Positions 41,308-49,207 of a DNA stretch of 64,000 nucleotides are shown here, in pieces. The stretch lies in assembly GCA_964606895.1 (NCBI GenBank), contig CAZSHX010000005.1, positions 16,936-80,935 of the forward strand. The letters run 5' to 3'. Numbering within the stretch: position 1 is the stretch's first letter; each line of letters starts with the position of its first letter. The notes beneath the pieces were generated by a model. That model was not told where the DNA came from and did not search any database. It was given only the letters and a program-made list of their open reading frames with translations. The position numbers and the translations under genes are program-made. Source of the stretch: an uncultured Hyphomicrobiales bacterium (lineage in GTDB: Bacteria; Bacteroidota; Ignavibacteria; Kapaibacteriales; UBA2268).

Positions 41308-42970
41308 AAAAATAAATTTTCTAATATTGGCTTTGTTTTTAGTCTTTGCCTCGCATGGCTATGGGCAGGAGTCAATCGTACTCACTGCCGCTAAAAAAGA
41401 GCTTAACCGTTCGATGCAGGAGCTAGGGAAACAATCCAAAGCTCCTTATTTTATTTCTTACAATATTACCGATACAAGAAGTATCAGATTTGTCGCTTCT
41501 TTCGGTAAAATTGAAACCGACAGAACGAACAACGACAGAATTTTGGATATTGACCTGCGTGTTGGTGATTACAATTTCGACAACTCGCATATCATTCGCG
41601 GCGGTGGTTTTAACTTTGGTTCGGGTAGAAGTTCAGTTGATTTACCATTAGAAGATGATGAAACTGCTTTGCGTTCGGCAATATGGTACGGAACTGACCG
41701 CAATTATAAAAAAGCAATCGAAGTCTATGACAAAGCAAAGACAAACAAAGCTGTTAAAGTACAGGAAGAAGATTCATCTGCCGATTTTTCCAGAGAAACT
41801 CCTTCCAAATATATCGGTCCAAAAGTCACTTTGAACGTTAACAAAGAATATTGGAAAGAAAGACTTCGCAGATTGTCCTCCATTTTCATTAATGAAAAAT
41901 GGCTTTATGACGGCAATGTTTCATTTGAATCCGAATTGCTTACAAAGTATTTTGTCAGCACCGAGGGTTCGGAGCTTGCGTGGACAGAACCGACTGTACG
42001 CATGTTTATATCCGCTAAAACCAAAGCAGACGACGGAATGAACCTGCCTTTGTATAAAAGCTATTTCGCTTATACTCCCGATAGTCTTCCGAGTGAAGAA
42101 CAAATGGCATCGGATGTAAGGAAAATGATTCAAACGCTTAAAGAACTTCGCACTTCACCGCTTATGACAACATTTTCGGGTCCTGCAATTCTTTCAGGTG
42201 AAGCATCGGGTGTGTTTTTCCATGAGATTTTCGGGCATAGAGTCGAAGGACATCGCCAGAAAGACCCGAACTCAAGCCAGACTTTAAAAAATTATATCGG
42301 AAAAAAATTACTTCCTAATTTTATTGATGTAATTTTCGACCCGACTATTCGCGAACTTCGGGGCAGACAGATTTCAGGGTTCTACAAATATGACGACCAG
42401 GGTGTTCTTGCTCAAAAGGTAACTACCGTAAAAGATGGCATTTTCAGTGATTTTCTCATGTCCCGTTCCCCTATCGAGAATTTTTCGAAATCAAACGGAC
42501 ACGGTAGAAAGCAACCCGGATACAAAGCTGTTTCCAGACAGTCAAATTTATTGGTTGTATCTAATGAAACAATGCCCGTAGAAGATTTGAAGAATCTGCT
42601 CAGAGAAGAATGTAAAAAGCAGAACAAGGAATACGGTCTTTATTTTGAAACTGTTCAGGGCGGATTTACTTTCACGAACAGGACTATCCCAAATGCTTTC
42701 AATGTTCAGCCTTTGGTGGTTTATAAAATATTTGCCGACGGAAAACCTGACGAACTCGTTAGAGGTGTTGACCTTATTGGTACACCCTTGACTACATTTT
42801 CTAATGTAATAGCCGCAGGTGATGATTTAGGTATTTTTAACGGTGTTTGCGGAGCAGAATCAGGCGGAGTTCCCGTTTCGGCAAGCTCACCTTCTTTACT
42901 TGTTTCATTGATTGAAGTACAGAAAAAGCAAAAATCACAGGCAAAACCGCCAATTCTTGACGCACCATAA
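41300..42970 (+). CDS. TldD-like metallopeptidase (U62) with signal peptide
   Basis: 'FFHEIFGHRVEG' HExxxH motif, 'YDDQG', 'SNGHGR', 'GVCGAESG.VPV'. Confidence 0.88.
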   Translation: MFKKINFLILALFLVFASHGYGQESIVLTAAKKELNRSMQELGKQSKAPYFISYNITDTRSIRFVASFGKIETDRTNNDRILDIDLRVGDYNFDNSHIIRGGGFNFGSGRSSVDLPLEDDETALRSAIWYGTDRNYKKAIEVYDKAKTNKAVKVQEEDSSADFSRETPSKYIGPKVTLNVNKEYWKERLRRLSSIFINEKWLYDGNVSFESELLTKYFVSTEGSELAWTEPTVRMFISAKTKADDGMNLPLYKSYFAYTPDSLPSEEQMASDVRKMIQTLKELRTSPLMTTFSGPAILSGEASGVFFHEIFGHRVEGHRQKDPNSSQTLKNYIGKKLLPNFIDVIFDPTIRELRGRQISGFYKYDDQGVLAQKVTTVKDGIFSDFLMSRSPIENFSKSNGHGRKQPGYKAVSRQSNLLVVSNETMPVEDLKNLLREECKKQNKEYGLYFETVQGGFTFTNRTIPNAFNVQPLVVYKIFADGKPDELVRGVDLIGTPLTTFSNVIAAGDDLGIFNGVCGAESGGVPVSASSPSLLVSLIEVQKKQKSQAKPPILDAP

Positions 42971-42986
42971 ATTTTGGGGTAAACAA

Positions 42987-43511
42987 ATGGAACTAATCTT
43001 TGAGGAAAAACAAAAAATTCGGCAGAAATGGCTGATTGGTATTGTATTCTTTTCTTCATTTGTAATGATTGCAGTTTTCGGCTATGGAATTTACCAACAG
43101 ATTATTCTTGGTATTCCTTTTGGCAATAAACCTGCTTCAGATACTTTTTTGCTGTTAGTCGGCGGATTAATTCTGCTTGTTTCGGTCGGTATTCCTGTAT
43201 TATTACTGAAAGCCGTACTCGAAACAAAAATTTACGACGACGGCATTTACTTCCGTTATGTTCCGTTTATCATGAAATACAGAAAAATTAACATGCTTTC
43301 CGTTCAAAGCTACGAAATTAAAAAGTACCGTCCCATACGAGATTTTGGCGGCTGGGGAATTCGTTTCAGTTTCAAGGGAAAGAATATTGTTTATAATGTT
43401 AGCGGCGATATGGGTTTGGAATTGGTTTTGCAAACAGGAAAAATTATTATTCTGGGTACACAGAAACCCGATGAAATCGGCAATGCCTTGCGTAAGGCAT
43501 TAGGCAGGTAG
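42987..43511 (+). CDS. Small membrane protein (DUF6141-like)
   Basis: 'FEEKQ', two TMs, 'Y.P..DFGGWGIR', 'GTQKP.E'; start ATG 42987. Confidence 0.75.
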   Translation: MELIFEEKQKIRQKWLIGIVFFSSFVMIAVFGYGIYQQIILGIPFGNKPASDTFLLLVGGLILLVSVGIPVLLLKAVLETKIYDDGIYFRYVPFIMKYRKINMLSVQSYEIKKYRPIRDFGGWGIRFSFKGKNIVYNVSGDMGLELVLQTGKIIILGTQKPDEIGNALRKALGR

Positions 43512-43549
43512 TATAAATTAATCAGAAATTTTATTTATAAGGAATATAG

Positions 43550-45310
43550 ATGTTTAAATTGAAGCAATTGGCAACCGGAACTTTGTTGTTTCTTCTTTCG
43601 TTCGGGTTTGCATTTTCCAACGAGCAGATTCTTAAGGCAATGCGGGACGAAATTTCGCGTTCTTTGGACAAACTTCAGGTTCAGGGCTTGAAAAAACCTT
43701 ATTATATCGAATACAAACTCACTATCAGAAATTCTTATTCATTAAAATCCATTCTCGGCACTTTGAATGAAAGCAATAATGTTAAGAATTCAAGTCTTTC
43801 AGTTGGCGTTCGTGTCGGGGATTATAAATCGGACAACTCAAATTTCTTCGATTTCGGATTTAGTTTGTTCGGTAGCGGCGACGACGAAGAAAGTTTCAAA
43901 AACAGGAACATTCCTATCGAACTTGATTATCCGACTCTCCGCAGGGAACTCTGGCTTGCAACCGATGCCGCTTACAAGCAGGTTTCTGAAATATTTGCAA
44001 AAAAAGAAGCCACAATGAAGAACCGTATTGTCAAAGATACAACTAATGATTTTCTTCAGCTTAAACCTGAAAAATATGCAGATACTGCCGTTATTCCCTC
44101 ATTCGACCTTGCTAAATACGAGAATCTGAGCAAAACTTTATCCTCTGTTTTCAATGATTATCCAAAAATAAATATTTCTTCGGTCGGGATTGAATATCTT
44201 CCGGGAACTGTTTATTATGTGAACAGCGAAGGTCGTGAATATATTAAAAATGAATTTTATGTAGGTTTGGAAGTCGTTGCCGCAACTCAGGCAGACGACG
44301 GTATGCCTCTGACCGATTTTTATACAGCATTTGCAAAAACTCCAACGGATTTGCCTTCCGATGATTCATTGAAACACGCCGTCAAAGATGTTGCCGAAAA
44401 GCTTACTGCTCTGAAATCCGCAACAGTTATGGACGAACCGTATTCTGGTCCGATTCTTTTCGAAGGACAAGCCGCCGCTGAGATTTTTGCTCAGGTTTTT
44501 GCTCCTAATCTTGTTACCCAAAGGGAACCAATGACGGAGCAGGGCGTTCAGGAAAATGACAGGTTCACTGCATTTCAGTCCAAAATCGGCGGAAGGGTTT
44601 TGCCCGAATTTCTTACTGTGAACGCCATTCCTACAAAGCTGAATTTTGAGAAAACACCTTTGCTTGGTCAGAACACTATTGACGACGAGGGAGTCCTCTC
44701 CGAAGATGTTCTGCTCATCAAAGACGGTTATCTGAAAAATCTTCTTTCTTCACGCGTTCCAACCAAACGCGTCAGAAAATCCAACGGTCATCAGATTGGC
44801 GGAGCCGCGATGCTCAGCACTTTGGAACTTACTTCCACAAAAGACCGTGCAAAAACAAATAAAGAGCTTACCAAGAAGATGCTCGACCTTTGCAAGGACA
44901 GGGAACTTCCTTTCGGAATCGTCGTCAGAAAAGCGATGAATCAGAATATTATGTTCACAACCCTGTTTCGCCTCACTTCCGGTGATTTCCCAATGACGCA
45001 GATGCAGGCTAAGGTTCCGCTTATTGAGGTTTACAAAGTGTTCCCCGACGGCAAAGAAGTTTTGGTTCGCGGTTGCGAAGCCAGAGGCGTTACCCAGCAA
45101 TCTTTCAAGGACATTTTGAATGTCGGCAGTAAAAGTTTTGCCATGAATTATCTCGCTCCTTCTGTTTCCTCGCCATTTGTTACGGGCGGCAGTCAGTACA
45201 TCGGTTCAACCGTAATCGTTCCAGCTCTGCTTTTCGAGGACGGCGAAATACGCACCGTCGAATCCGATTTTCCTAAGCCTCCGCTTATGTCGAATCCGAT
45301 TGGCAAATAA
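43550..45310 (+). CDS. TldD/PmbA-family protein (non-catalytic PmbA/TldE-like subunit) with signal peptide
   Basis: Paralog of the 41300 gene ('RVGDY..DNS', 'YSGPILF.G.AA', 'IDDEG', 'SNGH'); lacks HExxxH. Confidence 0.85.
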   Translation: MFKLKQLATGTLLFLLSFGFAFSNEQILKAMRDEISRSLDKLQVQGLKKPYYIEYKLTIRNSYSLKSILGTLNESNNVKNSSLSVGVRVGDYKSDNSNFFDFGFSLFGSGDDEESFKNRNIPIELDYPTLRRELWLATDAAYKQVSEIFAKKEATMKNRIVKDTTNDFLQLKPEKYADTAVIPSFDLAKYENLSKTLSSVFNDYPKINISSVGIEYLPGTVYYVNSEGREYIKNEFYVGLEVVAATQADDGMPLTDFYTAFAKTPTDLPSDDSLKHAVKDVAEKLTALKSATVMDEPYSGPILFEGQAAAEIFAQVFAPNLVTQREPMTEQGVQENDRFTAFQSKIGGRVLPEFLTVNAIPTKLNFEKTPLLGQNTIDDEGVLSEDVLLIKDGYLKNLLSSRVPTKRVRKSNGHQIGGAAMLSTLELTSTKDRAKTNKELTKKMLDLCKDRELPFGIVVRKAMNQNIMFTTLFRLTSGDFPMTQMQAKVPLIEVYKVFPDGKEVLVRGCEARGVTQQSFKDILNVGSKSFAMNYLAPSVSSPFVTGGSQYIGSTVIVPALLFEDGEIRTVESDFPKPPLMSNPIGK

Positions 45311-45317
45311 ATTTATC

Positions 45318-45352
45318 AAAAAGGCTGTCCTGATTTCAAGACAGCCTTTTTT
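45318..45352. terminator. Intrinsic terminator (AAAAAGGCTGTC...GACAGCCTTTTTT)
   Basis: Hairpin after the tldD-like operon; stem related to the repeated module. Confidence 0.75.
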
Positions 45353-45360
45353 GATTTCTC

Positions 45361-45491
45361 TTGTTCCCATGCTCCTGCTTGGGAATGTTCTTTTTATTTC
45401 CTCTTGTTTCTAAACCCAAATACCTTTCGGTTACGAAGCGGGAGCTTCGTAACCAGCTGAATCTCTCGTTCCTAAGCTCCCGCTTGGGAAC
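45361..45491. repeat. Composite REP-like element (two GTTCC(C/T)A.GCTCC.GCTTGGGAA units flanking GGTTACGAAGC-GGGA-GCTTCGTAACC)
   Basis: Palindromes visible directly in sequence. Confidence 0.75.
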
Positions 45492-45520
45492 ACCTTCATC
45501 TTTCACCCCTCTTCAGCACT

Positions 45521-46177
45521 TCACGCAGGACTTCCAAATATGATATAATCATTATAATACGCCTCATTAACCCCAGACCAAATGACTTTTCCCGTTTCGC
45601 AGTAACTCATTAACATTCCATAAAGTTCCAATGCCTTTTCCGCCCGCAGTTTCGTTGCCTCATCCCTCGAAACAATTGATTTCCGAATAGAAAATATTGC
45701 CTCCCCGAATTGAACTGTTTTAGTTTCGAGTAAATCTATCATTTCCGGGGTCAAACCAAAGCCGAGAAGTTCCGCCGCATAAGTTTCTGCGGAAAGTTTT
45801 AGCAACCGTCCGGAAAAATATAACTCGGAATCGCTCAATTTCCATAATTCCTTGATATAAAACAAAGAAAATTTAGAATTATCAGTTCCGAATGCCAAGC
45901 GTGCCCTTTCAATTATGCTACGGAGCAACGTTTTCAGCTCATCGGCGAGCTTGTTTTTCGTGTCGGTGGCATCCAACTTTACCGACTCAAACATAATATC
46001 AGAAGGGAAATCAATAAATTCTCTATGTTTGCTTTTGAAATTATTAATAACAGCGGCATCAATTCCGTACGAGATAAATTCCGCCAAATCCCTTGTCATA
46101 AAAGAGCTGATAAAATCGCATGTAGCAATCAATTCAGCATAAGACATGTGAATAGTTTTCGATGCATCATTAGCCAT
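45521..46177 (-). CDS. Hypothetical all-alpha protein
   Basis: ~218-aa ORF; no motif recognised. Confidence 0.75.
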   Translation of the reverse strand: MANDASKTIHMSYAELIATCDFISSFMTRDLAEFISYGIDAAVINNFKSKHREFIDFPSDIMFESVKLDATDTKNKLADELKTLLRSIIERARLAFGTDNSKFSLFYIKELWKLSDSELYFSGRLLKLSAETYAAELLGFGLTPEMIDLLETKTVQFGEAIFSIRKSIVSRDEATKLRAEKALELYGMLMSYCETGKVIWSGVNEAYYNDYIIFGSPA

Positions 46178-46271
46178 AAGCAAATCTCTCTAATATATAT
46201 TTAAAAAACATTTAATATCAAACTCAGATGAGCTACATCTTCATATTTAAGTCCTGCTTGTCATCAAGGAA

Positions 46272-46440
46272 CTTATGCAGGTGAACAAATCTTTCATGCG
46301 TATAATAATATTTATTATGCGGGTTAATATTTTTATCGTGCGGGTTAACAATTCCATCATGCGGGTGGTCATTTCCATATAGAAAAACTCACCTGCATAA
46401 GCAATTTAATTACCCGCATAAAGAAAATATTCACCCTCAT
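46272..46440. repeat. 21-bp-period repeat array: 5 forward plus 3 inverted units (core ATGCGGGT)
   Basis: Cores at 46275, 46296, 46317, 46338, 46359; inverted cores at 46395, 46416, 46437. Confidence 0.88.
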
Positions 46441-46445
46441 GCAAA

Positions 46446-46578
46446 ATCACACAATAATTAAGTCGGAAACGATAAGAATTTATTTTGAAATGTAAAATGC
46501 GGCAAGATATTTATAAAACAAAAGTCCTGCATCGTTCAGACGCAGGACTTCAATAATCAAATCTATGAAAGATTCAAA
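46446..46578 (-). repeat. 3' flank of paralog 3 shared with paralog 2 (hairpin 46522..46550)
   Basis: Reverse complement matches 33136..33268. Confidence 0.85.
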
Positions 46579-46585
46579 CAGTCAT

Positions 46586-47518
46586 TTACTTATCTTTGAC
46601 ACAACGGACGGAAAACCCGTATTCCTTATCGGTGTTGAACCTGCTGATAGTGGCGTTAAGATCGTGCAAGTCCCTGTCCCATGCACCTGTAATTTTGTAT
46701 TCCGACGAAGACCACCATTCGCCACCGTTCCCTATACTGCCGCACGTCCCACCGTCGACACGATAGCCGCAAGGAAGGGCGGAAAAGCCACTTGCGTTTG
46801 TTGCTCCTCTGTTTGGATTATTCCAGTGGCTCGTACCTGCTTCTTTTAGCTTACCTCCTTCATCTGTACCTCTAAAAGAGGCAATTTTGTCTGCCTCTGC
46901 TTGTGTCATTCCCAAACACATTTCTAATTCTTTCCATTCTTCATCGCTTGGTACATGCCACCTAGAAGGTGCTAAACTACGGTTGTCATTTACGGCATAC
47001 CAGTTGTATAGCTTTCCGTATATTTTACCAATTGAATCAGAATTATTATAATAACACCAAGCACCTTTTTTAAAGGATTTCAGATTTACCCATGCAGTAT
47101 CATCCCTTACTTCAGGAATTGAATCTCCATTTCTGTAGTGGTCAACATTGAGATTCTTAAGCATCCAGACTTGATTGCAGATTGTAAGGGGTTGCCATTG
47201 GTCAATATAAAAGATTAGGCTGTCAATACTGCTTATTTTGTAAGGTTTGGGATACGAAAAGATGTAAACATTTAAAGAATCATTTTCAAATTTGATACTT
47301 CCGATGATTTCAGTGGGGTAATATGCGATACGTGTATCATCGTAATGAATTCTCATCACATAATTATTCTTTTTGTCAATTACTCCCAAACTTTCAATCT
47401 CGCTGAGATTGTACTGCTTTGTGCTTCCATCATTCAGATAGAATTTAACCAGCGGCTCTGCCGAATAAAGGACAGCAGAGCAAAAGAAAATGGCGATGTA
47501 AAGAAATGAGTTTTTCAT
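46586..47518 (-). CDS. Secreted Fib_succ_major domain protein, paralog 3; candidate DGR target
   Basis: Same N-terminus as paralogs 1 and 2; FISUMP motifs; ends 'GFSVRCVKDK'; 3' end rich in NNC/NNT codons. Confidence 0.9.
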   Translation of the reverse strand: MKNSFLYIAIFFCSAVLYSAEPLVKFYLNDGSTKQYNLSEIESLGVIDKKNNYVMRIHYDDTRIAYYPTEIIGSIKFENDSLNVYIFSYPKPYKISSIDSLIFYIDQWQPLTICNQVWMLKNLNVDHYRNGDSIPEVRDDTAWVNLKSFKKGAWCYYNNSDSIGKIYGKLYNWYAVNDNRSLAPSRWHVPSDEEWKELEMCLGMTQAEADKIASFRGTDEGGKLKEAGTSHWNNPNRGATNASGFSALPCGYRVDGGTCGSIGNGGEWWSSSEYKITGAWDRDLHDLNATISRFNTDKEYGFSVRCVKDK

Positions 47519-47620
47519 ATTAACCCAAAAAGATTAAATAAACATTTTCAAATTACAACTTACGAAAATAAACTAACATCTCAAAAAAAAGCTGTCCTTT
47601 TTTCGGGGGACAGCCTTTTT
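47519..47620 (-). repeat. Terminator+promoter module, copy D (terminator of gdh)
   Basis: Reverse complement AAAAAGGCTGTCCCCCGAAAAAAGGACAGC-T8-GAGATGTTAGTTTATTTTCGTAAGTTGTAATTTGAAAATG. Confidence 0.9.
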
Positions 47621-47644
47621 GTATTAACGAATTGGGAGTTATTC

Positions 47645-48931
47645 TTATACCCAGCCGCGCATTTTAACAGCTTCGGCAACTCTGGAAATTGCAATCATGT
47701 AAGCTGAATCGCGCATATATATATTGCGTGTGTGTGCTAGTTCGGATACTGCATAGTATGCATCAGTCATTTTTGTATCAAGTTTGCTTAAAACTTCTTC
47801 TTTTGTCCAGTAGTAATTCATGTTGCATTGAACTTGTTCGAAATATGAGCAAGTTACGCCGCCTGCATTAGCAAGGAAGTCAGGAATCATCCAGATGTTT
47901 TTCTTTTTGATGATTTCGTCAGCTTCGGGAGTAGTTGGTCCGTTAGCACCTTCGACAATCACTTTGACGGAAGATTTGATTTTTCCTGCTGTTTCAGCAT
48001 TGATTTGGTTTTCGAGAGCGGCAGGAATAAGGATATCAACATCCTGTTCAATCCAGTCGCCGCCGGGGAGAATTTCAAAACCTAATTCAAGAGCTTTTGG
48101 TTTGTCAATTTCGCCGAAACGGTTTGTGATGGACATAAGTTGTTTGAAATCAATACCGTCATTTCTTTTGAATGTATATGATTTTTGGTCTTTATTGTCC
48201 CAGCAAGAAACTGCAATAGCTTTTCCGCCGTATTGTGAATATAAATCGAGAGCATACTGGCTGACATTTCCAAAACCCTGGAAAGCGGCAGTAGTATTTT
48301 TAATATCAATTCCGAGTTCTTTCAAAGCTTCTCTCAGAACATAAATAACACCATAGCCTGTTGCTTCGGTTCTGCCAAGTGAGCCGCCCATGCCGAGAGG
48401 TTTACCAGTGATTAAACCAGGGCTTTTCAAACCTGTGATTTTTTCATATTCGTCAAGCATCCAAAGCATGTGCTGACCTGAAGTCATAACGTCGGGTGCC
48501 GGAACATCCTGCAAAGGACCAATACTTCTTACAATTTGTCTTACCCAGCCACGGCAAATTGCTTCCTGTTCTCTCATCGAAAGGTTGTGAGGGTCGCAGA
48601 TAACTCCGCCCTTACCTCCGCCGAGAGGAATGTCAACAACTGCTGTTTTCCAGGTCATCCACATGGCTAAAGCTCTTACTGTGTCAATAGTTTCCTGAGG
48701 GTGGAAACGAATTCCACCTTTGTTAGGACCGCGAGCATCATTGTGCTGAACACGGAAGCCTTTAAAAACTTTGTAAGAACCGTCGTCCATACGGATTGGT
48801 ATATTAAAATGCAGTTCCCTGTCAGGATTACGAAGAAGGTCTCGTGTAGCATTATCAAGGCCTAATTTTTCTGCGATAGCATCAAATTGCTGTTGTGCCA
48901 TCTTGAATGGATTGAAAGATTCACTTGCCAT
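47645..48931 (-). CDS. gdhA: Glutamate dehydrogenase (Glu/Leu/Phe/Val family)
   Basis: 'RGPNKGGIRFHP', 'GGGKGG', 'DVPAPD', 'QGFGNV', 'EGANGP', 'NAGGV..SYFE'. Confidence 0.93.
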   Translation of the reverse strand: MASESFNPFKMAQQQFDAIAEKLGLDNATRDLLRNPDRELHFNIPIRMDDGSYKVFKGFRVQHNDARGPNKGGIRFHPQETIDTVRALAMWMTWKTAVVDIPLGGGKGGVICDPHNLSMREQEAICRGWVRQIVRSIGPLQDVPAPDVMTSGQHMLWMLDEYEKITGLKSPGLITGKPLGMGGSLGRTEATGYGVIYVLREALKELGIDIKNTTAAFQGFGNVSQYALDLYSQYGGKAIAVSCWDNKDQKSYTFKRNDGIDFKQLMSITNRFGEIDKPKALELGFEILPGGDWIEQDVDILIPAALENQINAETAGKIKSSVKVIVEGANGPTTPEADEIIKKKNIWMIPDFLANAGGVTCSYFEQVQCNMNYYWTKEEVLSKLDTKMTDAYYAVSELAHTRNIYMRDSAYMIAISRVAEAVKMRGWV

Positions 48932-49207
48932 AAAAAAAACTCCTAAGTTTGTAATATTTAAAACTGTTAAGCTATCTGTTCAATTAGTTCTTAAAAAAAT
49001 GAACTTAACAGATGTGCAAATTACGAATTAAAAAACAAATAAAAGCAAATAATTTTCTGGATTGAGAAATAAATTACATAAAGAATTGTTTTTGTTAAAA
49101 TTTAACAAATTTTATTAAATTTTCTTTGTTTTTAGCTTTATTATTTTTAAATTATACTATATTATTTACAATAATATGAAAATTAAGTTGAAAAAATATA
49201 ATAACGG

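Noticed and set aside
46272-46440. 21-bp array as a CRISPR array
   Set aside because: Core only ~8 bp, period too short, orientation flips mid-array, and no cas genes are present.
46565-46849. 94-aa ORF antisense to the variable region of paralog 3
   Set aside because: Probably an incidental open frame caused by the NNC/NNT, GC-richer codon pattern of the variable region.
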